DNA of 64,000 bases from Candidatus Dormiibacterota bacterium. Its GTDB lineage: Bacteria > Chloroflexota > Dormibacteria > Dormibacterales > Dormibacteraceae. The first letter of the stretch is position 1. Every line of letters begins with the position of its first letter. The notes under the pieces were generated by a model that was not told the origin of the DNA, searched no databases, and was given only the letters and a program-made list of their open reading frames with translations. The translations under genes and the position numbers were made by a program. Location of the stretch: the NCBI GenBank assembly GCA_035468355.1, contig DATITA010000012.1, positions 15,228 to 79,227 on the forward strand, given 5' to 3'. Positions 1 through 7,429 of this stretch are shown in pieces.

Positions 1-801
1 CACCGCAGCCGCCCCCAGCATCGGCGCGCCGATCCAGCCGCTCTCTCCGATCAACCCAGCTACGCTCTGGCTCAGGCCCCAGAGCACGTACTGCGGCACC
101 AGGAAGACGTTCGCAACCGTCGGTTGAGGGTTGGGGTGCGTCCCCATCCGGCCGAAGGCGACGTACCAGGCTGCCAGCGCGATCCCGGTGGGCATCAACC
201 ACACCAGGTCCTTTCGCCGGCCGGGCTCGAGGAAGAGCAGCACGGCCGCCACAATCGCGAAGATGAGGCCGATCCCGGAAAACATCAGCGATGCACTCAG
301 CGCCCCGGCGGCGACGGCCATGCGTGCCGGCGTCGACTGAGGCTGCAGCGCGAGAATCGCGATAAGGCCCAGCGCGCATGAGGCCACCCAGGCCATCTGA
401 AACGCCCACAGTATGTCCTCCCAGCCCATGCCAAGCACCAGAAGCACCACTGCCGCTGCAATGACGATCAGCTCGCCTGCTCGCCGGCGAACCACCTCGA
501 AGAGGAGCATCACATTGGCGATGTGCAGCGCCAGCAGGACCAGCATGTAGGGGAGGTAGCTACGCAGGCCGACCGAGTCGAGCAGGCCCGCGTAGATGAT
601 CCGCAAAAGCATTGAAGGGTGCTCGTTGTGAGGTTCGAGGTACGTCAGCCAGGTCCAGTCCGGCGCGGTCAGGATGAAGGACCACTCGTCGAAATAGAAG
701 GTGTAGCTCCTGGAGAGCCAAAGGATCGCCGAGCACGCGGCGACGGCCGCGACCACCACGATGAGCCGGGCTTGCCTGACCCGCACATCTCCGAGCGTCA
801 T
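1..801 (-). CDS. polytopic membrane protein, possibly a GT-C-type glycosyltransferase (N-terminal part; the gene runs off the left edge)
   Basis: Absent from the ORF track because it leaves the window. My translation from the ATG at 801..799 reads MTLGDVRVRQARLIVVVAAVAACSAILWLSRSYTFYFDEWSFILT..., followed by many hydrophobic helices. Its start overlaps the upstream gene's stop by 1 nt (TGATG). Confidence 0.55.
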   Translation of the reverse strand, partial: MTLGDVRVRQARLIVVVAAVAACSAILWLSRSYTFYFDEWSFILTAPDWTWLTYLEPHNEHPSMLLRIIYAGLLDSVGLRSYLPYMLVLLALHIANVMLLFEVVRRRAGELIVIAAAVVLLVLGMGWEDILWAFQMAWVASCALGLIAILALQPQSTPARMAVAAGALSASLMFSGIGLIFAIVAAVLLFLEPGRRKDLVWLMPTGIALAAWYVAFGRMGTHPNPQPTVANVFLVPQYVLWGLSQSVAGLIGESGWIGAPMLGAAAV

Positions 802-1844
802 CAAGCGGCAGCTGGGGCAGAGAGGTTATCCGCTGTGCGGGAGGGCACGACCAGGACGCCGAACCAGACTGCGACGCCGACGAGGATGGGCAGGGGCCGC
901 AGCGGCCAGGCAAGCTCTCCGCCGACCACGACGACCAATAGCCACCAGCGCTGCCAAGCGGGAGGGCCATCACGCCAGAACAGCCAGCCGGCGAGGACCA
1001 GCATCGCGAAATCCTGCAGGTGCCAGTAGGTGGCGCCGAAGGCGGTGGCGACGATGCCCAGTGCGAAGAGCCGCGCAAGACCGGCCTCGCGGTTGAGATA
1101 GCCACCGAGCATGGCCAATGCGCCGACTGCGGCCTGGGCCAGATAGCCGAGAGTCCCAGCGCCGAGCACGTACGCAAGGGTGAAATAGCGGTTGTTGACC
1201 ACGTGCTGGGCCTCGCCCAGCAGGCTGCGGTAATCGCTCACCCCCTGCGCGCCGATGATGACGACAGACGCAACCGCCAGGACACCGGCCGTCACTGCCC
1301 AGGAGGCGGCGATGCGCCAGCGCCCTGCCGCCAGCAGGACCAGGGGCAAAAGCAAGACCAGCTGTGGTTTGAACGCCGACAGCCCCAGGACAAGCCCTGC
1401 GAAGTATGGGCGTCGCTCAGCGAGGCGCCAGCCGGCGGCGACCACCGCAAGGACGACCAGGTTCGGTTGCGCCAGCCCGACCCCGTACAGGAGCGGGTAC
1501 CAGGCCAGGGCACCGAGAAGCCAGAGGGTGCGCGCGGGACCTCGACCGGGGGCGGCGATCCACCATGCTGCGGCCAGCGCGAGCATGGAGACTACGAGCC
1601 AGACGTAAACGGCGGCTTGCGCCCCGATGATCGTCAGCGGAACAAGCACCCAGGCCAGCAGCGGGGGCGAGATGAACCGTTCGCCGTCGGTGAAGGCGGC
1701 CCCAGGACGCAGATGGGCGAACCCATCGTGCTGGAGGCTCAGGGAATAGATGTGAGTCCAGCCGTGCTCGAGCCCTATCCTCGCTGCCACGTAAACGAGC
1801 GTCAGGTCGTTGTCGAGGACGTCGACTCGCATAGGCTGCACCAC
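801..1844 (-). CDS. polytopic membrane protein, DUF2029/GT87-like glycosyltransferase candidate
   Basis: 347-aa ORF with about 9-10 hydrophobic segments. The N-terminal DLTLVYVAARIG...HIY resembles the DUF2029 D-x-x-x-Y loop. Family assignment rests on pattern only. Confidence 0.5.
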   Translation of the reverse strand: MVQPMRVDVLDNDLTLVYVAARIGLEHGWTHIYSLSLQHDGFAHLRPGAAFTDGERFISPPLLAWVLVPLTIIGAQAAVYVWLVVSMLALAAAWWIAAPGRGPARTLWLLGALAWYPLLYGVGLAQPNLVVLAVVAAGWRLAERRPYFAGLVLGLSAFKPQLVLLLPLVLLAAGRWRIAASWAVTAGVLAVASVVIIGAQGVSDYRSLLGEAQHVVNNRYFTLAYVLGAGTLGYLAQAAVGALAMLGGYLNREAGLARLFALGIVATAFGATYWHLQDFAMLVLAGWLFWRDGPPAWQRWWLLVVVVGGELAWPLRPLPILVGVAVWFGVLVVPSRTADNLSAPAAA

Positions 1845-1942
1845 GACCAGCCAGGCTGTAAAAGCGAAGGCGACGAGCAGGAACCATCCGAGCCCGGCGG
1901 CGCCGAGGTTGCGCCTGGCCGGCCCGTCCAGCCGCAGCGCCG

Positions 1943-3061
1943 TTATCCCCGCTCGGCTAGCGGTACCGGCTTTCGAGGTTCGGGTCCGATGTACTCCGAC
2001 TGCGGGCGGATGATCCGGTTGTTGGCACTTTGCTCGAGCACGTGGGCGGTCCAGCCGGCTGCGCGCGAAACGGCGAAGGTCGGCGGAAAGTACTCCTTCG
2101 GGAGGCCGATCGCCTGCAGCACGCCGGCCGAGTAAAACTCGACGTTGGTGGCTTGCGGCCGTTCCGGGTGCTCTTCGTGGAGGATCGCCAGGGCCGTCTC
2201 CTCAACCTTCGAGGCGAGGTCGTAGAACTCAGGGTTGAGCCGCTCGCACATCGATTTGAGGATCCGCGCGCGGGGATCGTAAGTGCGGTAGATGCGATGG
2301 CCGAACCCCATGAATCGGACCTTCTGCTTTCGGGCCTCACGCATCCAGCGCTCGGCATTGGCGGCCGTTCCGATCATCTCGAGCTGGTCCATCACCGCTG
2401 ATGGCGCCCCGCCGTGGGCGGGGCCCTTGAGGGCCCCGATCGCTCCGACGAGGCACGACGCCAGGTCGGAGTCCGTCGACGCGATGACGCGGGCGGTGAA
2501 AGTCGAGGCGTTCATGCCGTGGTCCGCGAGCAGCACCAGGTAGGTGTTGAGCGCGCGGACGATCTCGGGGCTCGATTCCTTGCCGTTGAGCATGTACAGG
2601 TAGTTGGCCGCGTGCGCGAGGTCCGCCCGCGGTGCGATGGGATCGAGGCCGACCTGGCGCCGGTGGAAACTGGCGAGGATGGTTGGAAATGAAGCAGTTG
2701 CGTGCACCGCCAGCGGGATGGTCGGCTTTTCCAGCCGGTGCTCGACCCCTTGCACCGACACGACGCTGCGCAGCACGTCCATGGGGTCGGTGTCCTTGGG
2801 CAGCGCGTTCAGCGTGGCGGCCGCGGCCGGAGTCAGCGTTCGGGACGCCGCCAGCTCCAGCGTAAGTCCGTCAAGCTCGGCCCGGGTTGGAAGCCGGCCG
2901 TACCACAGCAGGTGCGCGACCTCTTCGAAGGACATGTCCTCGGCGAGGTCGGCGATCACGTAGCCGCGATAGACCAACCGGCCGTTGTCGCCGTCCACCA
3001 TCGAGATTGCCGTCTGCGCGGCGATGATTCCTTCGAGGCCGGGAACGTAAGCGCCGGTCAC
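1943..3061 (-). CDS. citrate synthase family protein (paralog 2 of a tandem pair)
   Basis: Motifs PGLEGIIAAQTAIS, GALKGPAHGGA, GFGHRIYRTYDPRA and NVEFYS..GW.AHV. I place the start at the GTG at 3061, which forms a GTGA overlap with the upstream paralog's stop. The Arg-rich 134-aa extension in the ORF track looks spurious. Confidence 0.85.
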   Translation of the reverse strand: MTGAYVPGLEGIIAAQTAISMVDGDNGRLVYRGYVIADLAEDMSFEEVAHLLWYGRLPTRAELDGLTLELAASRTLTPAAAATLNALPKDTDPMDVLRSVVSVQGVEHRLEKPTIPLAVHATASFPTILASFHRRQVGLDPIAPRADLAHAANYLYMLNGKESSPEIVRALNTYLVLLADHGMNASTFTARVIASTDSDLASCLVGAIGALKGPAHGGAPSAVMDQLEMIGTAANAERWMREARKQKVRFMGFGHRIYRTYDPRARILKSMCERLNPEFYDLASKVEETALAILHEEHPERPQATNVEFYSAGVLQAIGLPKEYFPPTFAVSRAAGWTAHVLEQSANNRIIRPQSEYIGPEPRKPVPLAERG

Positions 3062-4176
3062 CTGGCGGCCAGCGGCAGCGCCTGCTTGCCGCCCTCGGGC
3101 CCGACCCACCTTGATGCCGGCCGGATGATCCGCAGGTCGGAAAGCGACTCCAGCACGTGGGCCGCCCAACCTACGACGCGCGAGGTGGCGAAGATGCAGG
3201 TGAACATCTCCTTCGGTATGCCGGCCCCGGTCAGCACGACCGACGCCCAGAAGTCGACGTTGGTCGCGTTGGGCCTCTCGGGATGCGCCTCGTGAAGGAT
3301 CTGCAGAGCAAGCTCCTCGGTGCGGACCGCGGTCTTGTGGAGCTGTGGCGCGGCCGTCTTCGACATCTCGCGAAGAATCTTGGCGCGGGGGTCGTAGGTC
3401 CGGTAAACGCGATGGCCGAAGCCGGCGAAACGCTCGTGGCGGGCGTGGGCGTCTTTCAGCCACTTCTCCGCGTTGTCGGCCGAGCCGATCTTGTCCAGCA
3501 TCGTGCGGGCGGCGAGCGTCGCGCCGCCGTGCGCCGCGCCCTTCAGGGCCCCGATCGCGCCGACCACGGAAGACGTAAGGTCGCTTCCGGTCGACGCGAT
3601 GACACGGGCCGTGAAAGTGGACGCGTTGAGCCCATGGTCGGCCAGCAAGACGAGGTAGTGGCCGACCCAGCCGGCCCGCTCAGCGGGCGGCTCGGCGCCC
3701 TCCATCATCCACAGGAGGTTGGCCGCGTGGTCGAGGTCGGGTCGGGGTTCGACGATCTCTTTGCCCAGCCTCCTCCGGTGTGCGGCCGCGACGACGGTGG
3801 GGAAGATCGATGTGAGCGCGATCGCCTCATCGAGCGCCGGCTTCACGATGGACCTGGTCGACCCCTGTGCGGAGACGACCGTGCGGAGGGTGTCCATCGG
3901 GTCGGTGCCCGAGTCCAGCGCCATCAGGGCGCCGAGCGCCGCATCGTTCAGGGTGCGGGCCTCAGCCATCTGACGGCGCAACGAGTCGAGCTGGCGGGTG
4001 TTCGGCAGCTCGCCGAATAGCAGGAGATGGACGATCTCCTCGTAGCTCGCGACCGCGGCCAGGTCTTCGATGAGGTATCCGCCGCGATAGATGAGCCGCC
4101 CGTTCGCCCCGTCCACCTCGCTCACCGCGGTCTCCGCAGCGACCACTCCCTCGAGCCCGGGGCTGAACTCCGTCAC
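3058..4176 (-). CDS. citrate synthase family protein (paralog 1 of a tandem pair)
   Basis: Motifs PGLEGVVAAETAVS, GALKGAAHGGA, GFGHRVYRTYDPRA and NVDFWA. Starting at the GTG at 4176 gives 372 aa, exactly the length of paralog 2. The ATG at 4317 is the alternative start. Confidence 0.8.
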   Translation of the reverse strand: MTEFSPGLEGVVAAETAVSEVDGANGRLIYRGGYLIEDLAAVASYEEIVHLLLFGELPNTRQLDSLRRQMAEARTLNDAALGALMALDSGTDPMDTLRTVVSAQGSTRSIVKPALDEAIALTSIFPTVVAAAHRRRLGKEIVEPRPDLDHAANLLWMMEGAEPPAERAGWVGHYLVLLADHGLNASTFTARVIASTGSDLTSSVVGAIGALKGAAHGGATLAARTMLDKIGSADNAEKWLKDAHARHERFAGFGHRVYRTYDPRAKILREMSKTAAPQLHKTAVRTEELALQILHEAHPERPNATNVDFWASVVLTGAGIPKEMFTCIFATSRVVGWAAHVLESLSDLRIIRPASRWVGPEGGKQALPLAAR

Positions 4177-4234
4177 GACACGTAAGTGTACGGAGGCCCG
4201 GTTCACGACCGGAACCTCTAGAGTTCGGCCGGTG

Positions 4235-4816
4235 ATGGTCGCAGCCCCGGCCGTCGACTCGCGACCCGTGCGATTCCTGACCTGGTTCGCGCTCGTAGTC
4301 ACCCTCGCCACGGCCATCGCGTACGCATTGCTGGTCCGGGCGCAGGGCGGCTACGGCGGCTTGGACGTGCTGACCGTCCCGTTCGTGACCGCCTACATGC
4401 TCCTGATGGGAGCCCTGCTCGCCGCCTCGCTGCAGCGCCGGCTGCCCGCAAGGTTGCGCATGCCTCTGCGCGCAGCGGCGGCGGGGGGCTTGCTCGTGCT
4501 GGGGATCCTCGCGCTCTTTTCGATTGGGCTGCCCCTCGTGATTGCGGGGGCGATGGCCACGGGCGCCACGGTGCGCACGCTCCGCGGTCCGCACCTGACC
4601 TCGGTGGCGCTCATCGCCGTGGCCGGGTCGCTGCTTGCCGTCGCGGTGCTCGTGGCCGGCTTCGAGGCGACCCAGAGATACATCGTGTGTCCCGCCCAGG
4701 GCACTTATGGAGGCGGTGGATCGGGCTTCGTGAGCGGCCCATATCACTACGAGTGCGTCGACGGGAAACTGACCTTCCGGTCGGGCGCCTGCAACGGGCC
4801 TGGGCCCGCCTGCTAG
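4235..4816 (+). CDS. membrane protein with a Cys/Gly-rich C-terminal tail
   Basis: Four or five hydrophobic helices, then ...YIVCPAQGTYGGGGSGFVSGPYHYECVDGKLTFRSGACNGPGPAC. The start is uncertain (GTG 4232, ATG 4235 or GTG 4268). The ORF-track start at 4091 would overlap the citrate synthase gene. Confidence 0.5.
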   Translation: MVAAPAVDSRPVRFLTWFALVVTLATAIAYALLVRAQGGYGGLDVLTVPFVTAYMLLMGALLAASLQRRLPARLRMPLRAAAAGGLLVLGILALFSIGLPLVIAGAMATGATVRTLRGPHLTSVALIAVAGSLLAVAVLVAGFEATQRYIVCPAQGTYGGGGSGFVSGPYHYECVDGKLTFRSGACNGPGPAC

Positions 4817-4823
4817 CGCCCTC

Positions 4824-4937
4824 TCAGACCATCCCCAGCTCCCAGCGCGCATCCTCGGTCATGCGCTCTGGGGTCCAGACCAGCTCGTAGACGAGATCCA
4901 CACCCGGGTGGCCGATGCAGGGCAGCGTGAGCAGGTA
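4824..4937 (-). pseudogene. truncated duplicate of the sufT (DUF59) 3' end
   Basis: Reads ...YLLTLPCIGHPGVDLVYELVWTPERMTEDARWELGMV*, compared with the intact C-terminus at 6256..6367. 55 nt are identical (4827..4881 = 6259..6313) and the next 55 nt match at 45/55. There is no start codon; homology ends at the acyltransferase stop codon. Confidence 0.85.
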
Positions 4938-6128
4938 TCAGGCCGCGGACGCGCCTTTCGGCTGAGCGATTGAAACCGCACGCCCCATGCGCCGGCTGCC
5001 TGCGGAAACAGTCCACCGGTTCTTGATCCGCAGCGCAGGCTTTTCAATAGCGAAGTAAGTTCCGGTGGCCAAAGCCACGGTGCAGCACGCAAGTTCCAGG
5101 AGCCCAGGGATGTAACTGGATGACAGCAAGCCCGAGTTGAAGAGCACGTGGTGTATCGGCTCATGCCACAGATAGATCCCGTACGAGACGTCGCCTAGAA
5201 AGACCAGAGGACGCCACGACAGAGCCTTCGGCACCGTGGCCGCCTTACCACTGAACGCGACCGTGCCCACGACCAGGAAGAAGGCCAATCCGCAGAGCGG
5301 GCTGAACACGTACATATGGCGGTCGTAAGCGAGGCCGGACGCGGTGAGAAGGACCAAGATTCCGGCGCCCCCGATCACAAGCGCTCGGGTGGAAGGCTCA
5401 TATTGGGGCCAGCGCGAGCGGAAGCTGCCCAGTAGCATGCCGAAACCGAACAGGTGGAATTTGGTCAACGGCCCGCCAGTGATCGCCTGGTCACTCGGCG
5501 TCATGGCCAGCGTTGCCAGAGAGAGCAGGCTGAGGGCGCCGATCACAAATACGCCCAGCCAAAGGCGTTGCTGCGGCTTAGGCCAGGCCATAAGCACGAG
5601 ATAGAGGACCGGCAGCAGCAAATAGAACGCCATTTCGTCGTCGAGGGACCAAGCCACGGGTATCAGGTCGCCGCTGGTCTCGACCCCGGTGAATGTAAGG
5701 GCGTGCGCAAGGCGGAGCAGCGATTGATCCGATCGGTCCCAGGTCGCCAAGAAGACGATCAACACCGCAAGGAAATAGAGGGGAACGATACGCAGCGCCC
5801 GGTTCAAGGCGAAATGCCAGATCTTTACCCTTGATCGATCGGTGAGCGAGTTCGCAAACGGCCGATAAAGCAGAAAGCCCGAGATCACAAAGAACAGGGC
5901 CACGCCAGTCGCCATGTTCTCGACGAACAGGCGTGGCAATCCCGCCAGCGGTGATGTTGCCATCGTATGCGACGCCACAACTCCCAGTGCGGCGAACGCG
6001 CGGAGGGCGGTGATCCCCTTGAACCGGGTTCCTTCACCGTCCTTGGTGGCCAGGCGGCCCTGGCCGAGCCATGCCAGCGCCAACGTAAGGCCGGTCGCCC
6101 CTCCGATGACGGCAAGCGGGGTCAGCAC
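4938..6128 (-). CDS. acyltransferase family 3 (membrane O-acyltransferase)
   Basis: 396 aa and about 10 TM helices. The N-terminal ITALRAFAALGVVASH ... ALFFVISGFLLYRPF is typical of the Acyl_transf_3 family. GTG start. Confidence 0.8.
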   Translation of the reverse strand: MLTPLAVIGGATGLTLALAWLGQGRLATKDGEGTRFKGITALRAFAALGVVASHTMATSPLAGLPRLFVENMATGVALFFVISGFLLYRPFANSLTDRSRVKIWHFALNRALRIVPLYFLAVLIVFLATWDRSDQSLLRLAHALTFTGVETSGDLIPVAWSLDDEMAFYLLLPVLYLVLMAWPKPQQRLWLGVFVIGALSLLSLATLAMTPSDQAITGGPLTKFHLFGFGMLLGSFRSRWPQYEPSTRALVIGGAGILVLLTASGLAYDRHMYVFSPLCGLAFFLVVGTVAFSGKAATVPKALSWRPLVFLGDVSYGIYLWHEPIHHVLFNSGLLSSSYIPGLLELACCTVALATGTYFAIEKPALRIKNRWTVSAGSRRMGRAVSIAQPKGASAA

Positions 6129-6210
6129 CTAAATTCTGGAGCCTGGGTGCATCGACACGTTCAAGGTGACGGCGTTCACTGGCATTAATTGCGCAGTTAC
6201 CGCCACTCGA

Positions 6211-6234
6211 CGGCCGCTGGTCACCCAGCGGCCG
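6211..6234 (-). terminator. GC-rich hairpin downstream of sufT (10-bp perfect stem, 4-nt loop; no U-tract)
   Basis: cggccgctgg-tcac-ccagcggccg, 22 nt after the sufT stop codon. Confidence 0.4.
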
Positions 6235-6255
6235 GCCGCCAGGCTTCGGCGGTCT

Positions 6256-6597
6256 CTAGACCATCCCCAGCTCCCAGCGCGCATCCTCGGTCATGCGCTC
6301 TGGGGTCCAGACCGGCTCGTAGACGAGGTCGACGCCGGCGTCGCTGATGCCGGGCAGGGTGAGCAGGTGATCGCGGACGTCCGCCATCACCTCGGCCGCC
6401 ATCGGGCAGCCGAGCGCGGTGAGGGTCATCTTCACGTCGACGCGCTCAGGCTTGATCGCGATGTCATAGATCAACCCCAGGTCGACGATGTTGACGGGGA
6501 TCTCCGGGTCGAAGCACTGTCGCAGGACTTCAATCACGTCCTCGGGCTTCACGGTCGAATCAGCCGCGACCTGGGACGTCGGGCTGAAATCCGTCAC
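6256..6597 (-). CDS. sufT: DUF59/MIP18-family Fe-S assembly protein (SufT-like)
   Basis: VKPEDVIEVLRQCFDPEIPVNIVDLGLIYDI...TLTALGCPMA. The GTG start at 6597 forms a GTGA overlap with the rhodanese stop. Confidence 0.8.
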   Translation of the reverse strand: MTDFSPTSQVAADSTVKPEDVIEVLRQCFDPEIPVNIVDLGLIYDIAIKPERVDVKMTLTALGCPMAAEVMADVRDHLLTLPGISDAGVDLVYEPVWTPERMTEDARWELGMV

Positions 6598-6923
6598 GGT
6601 TTTTCCAGCGGCAGACCGGCATCTCGCCATGCCTTGGTGCCGCCCCGGAGGTTGACCACGTCCTTGACGCCGAGCGCGACCGCCATTTCGGAGGCCACCG
6701 CCGACCGTTCCCCGACGTGGCAAACGAAGATCGTGCGGTCTCGAAACTTCTGCGCGGCCGGGTGGGCGAGGATCGAGTTGAGGACGACGTGGCGCGCTCC
6801 GGGAACGTGGCCCTTGTTCCACTCCCAGTCCTCTCGTACGTCGACGACCTCGTAGCCGTCGTCGATTAGCTGCTTGACCCCGTCCACCGTGATCTCGCGG
6901 AATGGAGCTTCCTGGTTGGTCAT
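6594..6923 (-). CDS. single-domain rhodanese sulfurtransferase
   Basis: 109 aa with VVDVREDWEWNKGHVPGARH and the active-site loop FVCHVGERS. Confidence 0.8.
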   Translation of the reverse strand: MTNQEAPFREITVDGVKQLIDDGYEVVDVREDWEWNKGHVPGARHVVLNSILAHPAAQKFRDRTIFVCHVGERSAVASEMAVALGVKDVVNLRGGTKAWRDAGLPLEKP

Positions 6924-6929
6924 TGGTCT

Positions 6930-7337
6930 TTAGTCCTCCTCATCATCAGCCAGACCGTACGCGCCGACTTTCAAAACCTTCAGTGACAGCAGCGCGCATT
7001 TGATGCGCGCGGGCGAGATATCGATCCCGAGCTCGCCCAAAACGTCCGCCTTGCCGATCTGCTTGGCCTGCTCGAGCGGAAGGCCTTTGATGCGCTCGGT
7101 CAGCAGCGAAGCCGACGCCTGTGAGATGGCGCAGCCGCGACCATGGAACCGCACGTCTTCGATGACCCCGTCCTTGATGCGGAAATCCATCCCGATCACG
7201 TCCCCGCACAGCGGGTTGTCCTCCTCGTGGCTGATGTCCGGATGCTCGAGGCGGCCGAAGTTCCGCGGGTTCTTGTAATGGTCGAGGATGTACTCGCGAT
7301 AGAACTGATCGTCTGGGTTGCCGGAACGTGAGCTCAT
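6930..7337 (-). CDS. sufU: SufU/IscU-like Fe-S scaffold / sulfur acceptor
   Basis: ILDHYKNPRNFG...NPLCGD...HGRGCAISQASAS...RIKCALL. Start at the ATG at 7337; the ORF-track extension is not supported. Confidence 0.85.
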   Translation of the reverse strand: MSSRSGNPDDQFYREYILDHYKNPRNFGRLEHPDISHEEDNPLCGDVIGMDFRIKDGVIEDVRFHGRGCAISQASASLLTERIKGLPLEQAKQIGKADVLGELGIDISPARIKCALLSLKVLKVGAYGLADDEED

Positions 7338-7429
7338 GCGGACCAGCGCAAATGCGGGGTCCCCGCGAAATCGAAGATTTCGTGGGGTGCATAGAACTGA
7401 TCGTCGGGGTTGCCCGAAGGTGCGGTCAT
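7334..7429 (-). other. 31-codon mini-ORF formed by a degenerate duplicate of the sufU 5' end
   Basis: MTAPSGNPDDQFYAPHEIFDFAGTPHLRWSA. Its ATG overlaps the sufS stop (ATGA) and its TGA overlaps the sufU ATG (ATGA). The first 13 aa parallel SufU's MSSRSGNPDDQFY. Confidence 0.4.

Noticed and set aside
1020-2135. Long ORFs antisense to, or in alternative frames of, well-supported genes. Examples: 1020..2135 (+), 3157..4020 (+), 7738..8697 (+), 10143..11108 (+), 10588..11436 (-), 13100..14566 (+), 15323..16663 (-), 21266..22204 (-), 22437..23858 (-), 24633..25838 (-), 27531..28520 (-), 29765..31285 (+), 30243..31400 (-), 36783..38051 (-), 38357..39364 (-), 40667..41761 (-), 48030..49400 (+), 49608..50723 (+), 55433..56221 (-), 56578..58593 (-) and 59128..60717 (-).
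   Set aside because: Their translations are Arg/Gly/Pro/Ala/Asp-rich low-complexity strings with no motifs. This is what open frames look like in GC-rich DNA, where stop codons are rare. Each overlaps a frame carrying unmistakable conserved motifs.
3062-3463. The 134-aa N-terminal extension of the downstream citrate synthase ORF (ORF track 1943..3463).
   Set aside because: The extension is Arg/Pro-rich, overlaps the 3' end of the upstream citrate synthase, and precedes the conserved PGLEG start region. The GTG at 3061 gives a standard-length protein and a GTGA coupling.
4213-4226. The 8-bp palindrome CTCTAGAG in the gap between the divergent citrate synthase and membrane-protein genes, as an operator.
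   Set aside because: A short palindrome is expected by chance. The flanks do not extend the symmetry, and both gene starts here are uncertain.
4938-6255. The acyltransferase segment as a bona fide mobile element.
   Set aside because: There is no transposase or integrase, no terminal inverted repeats, and no obvious compositional break visible by eye. It is reported only as a cassette flanked by a target-derived direct repeat.
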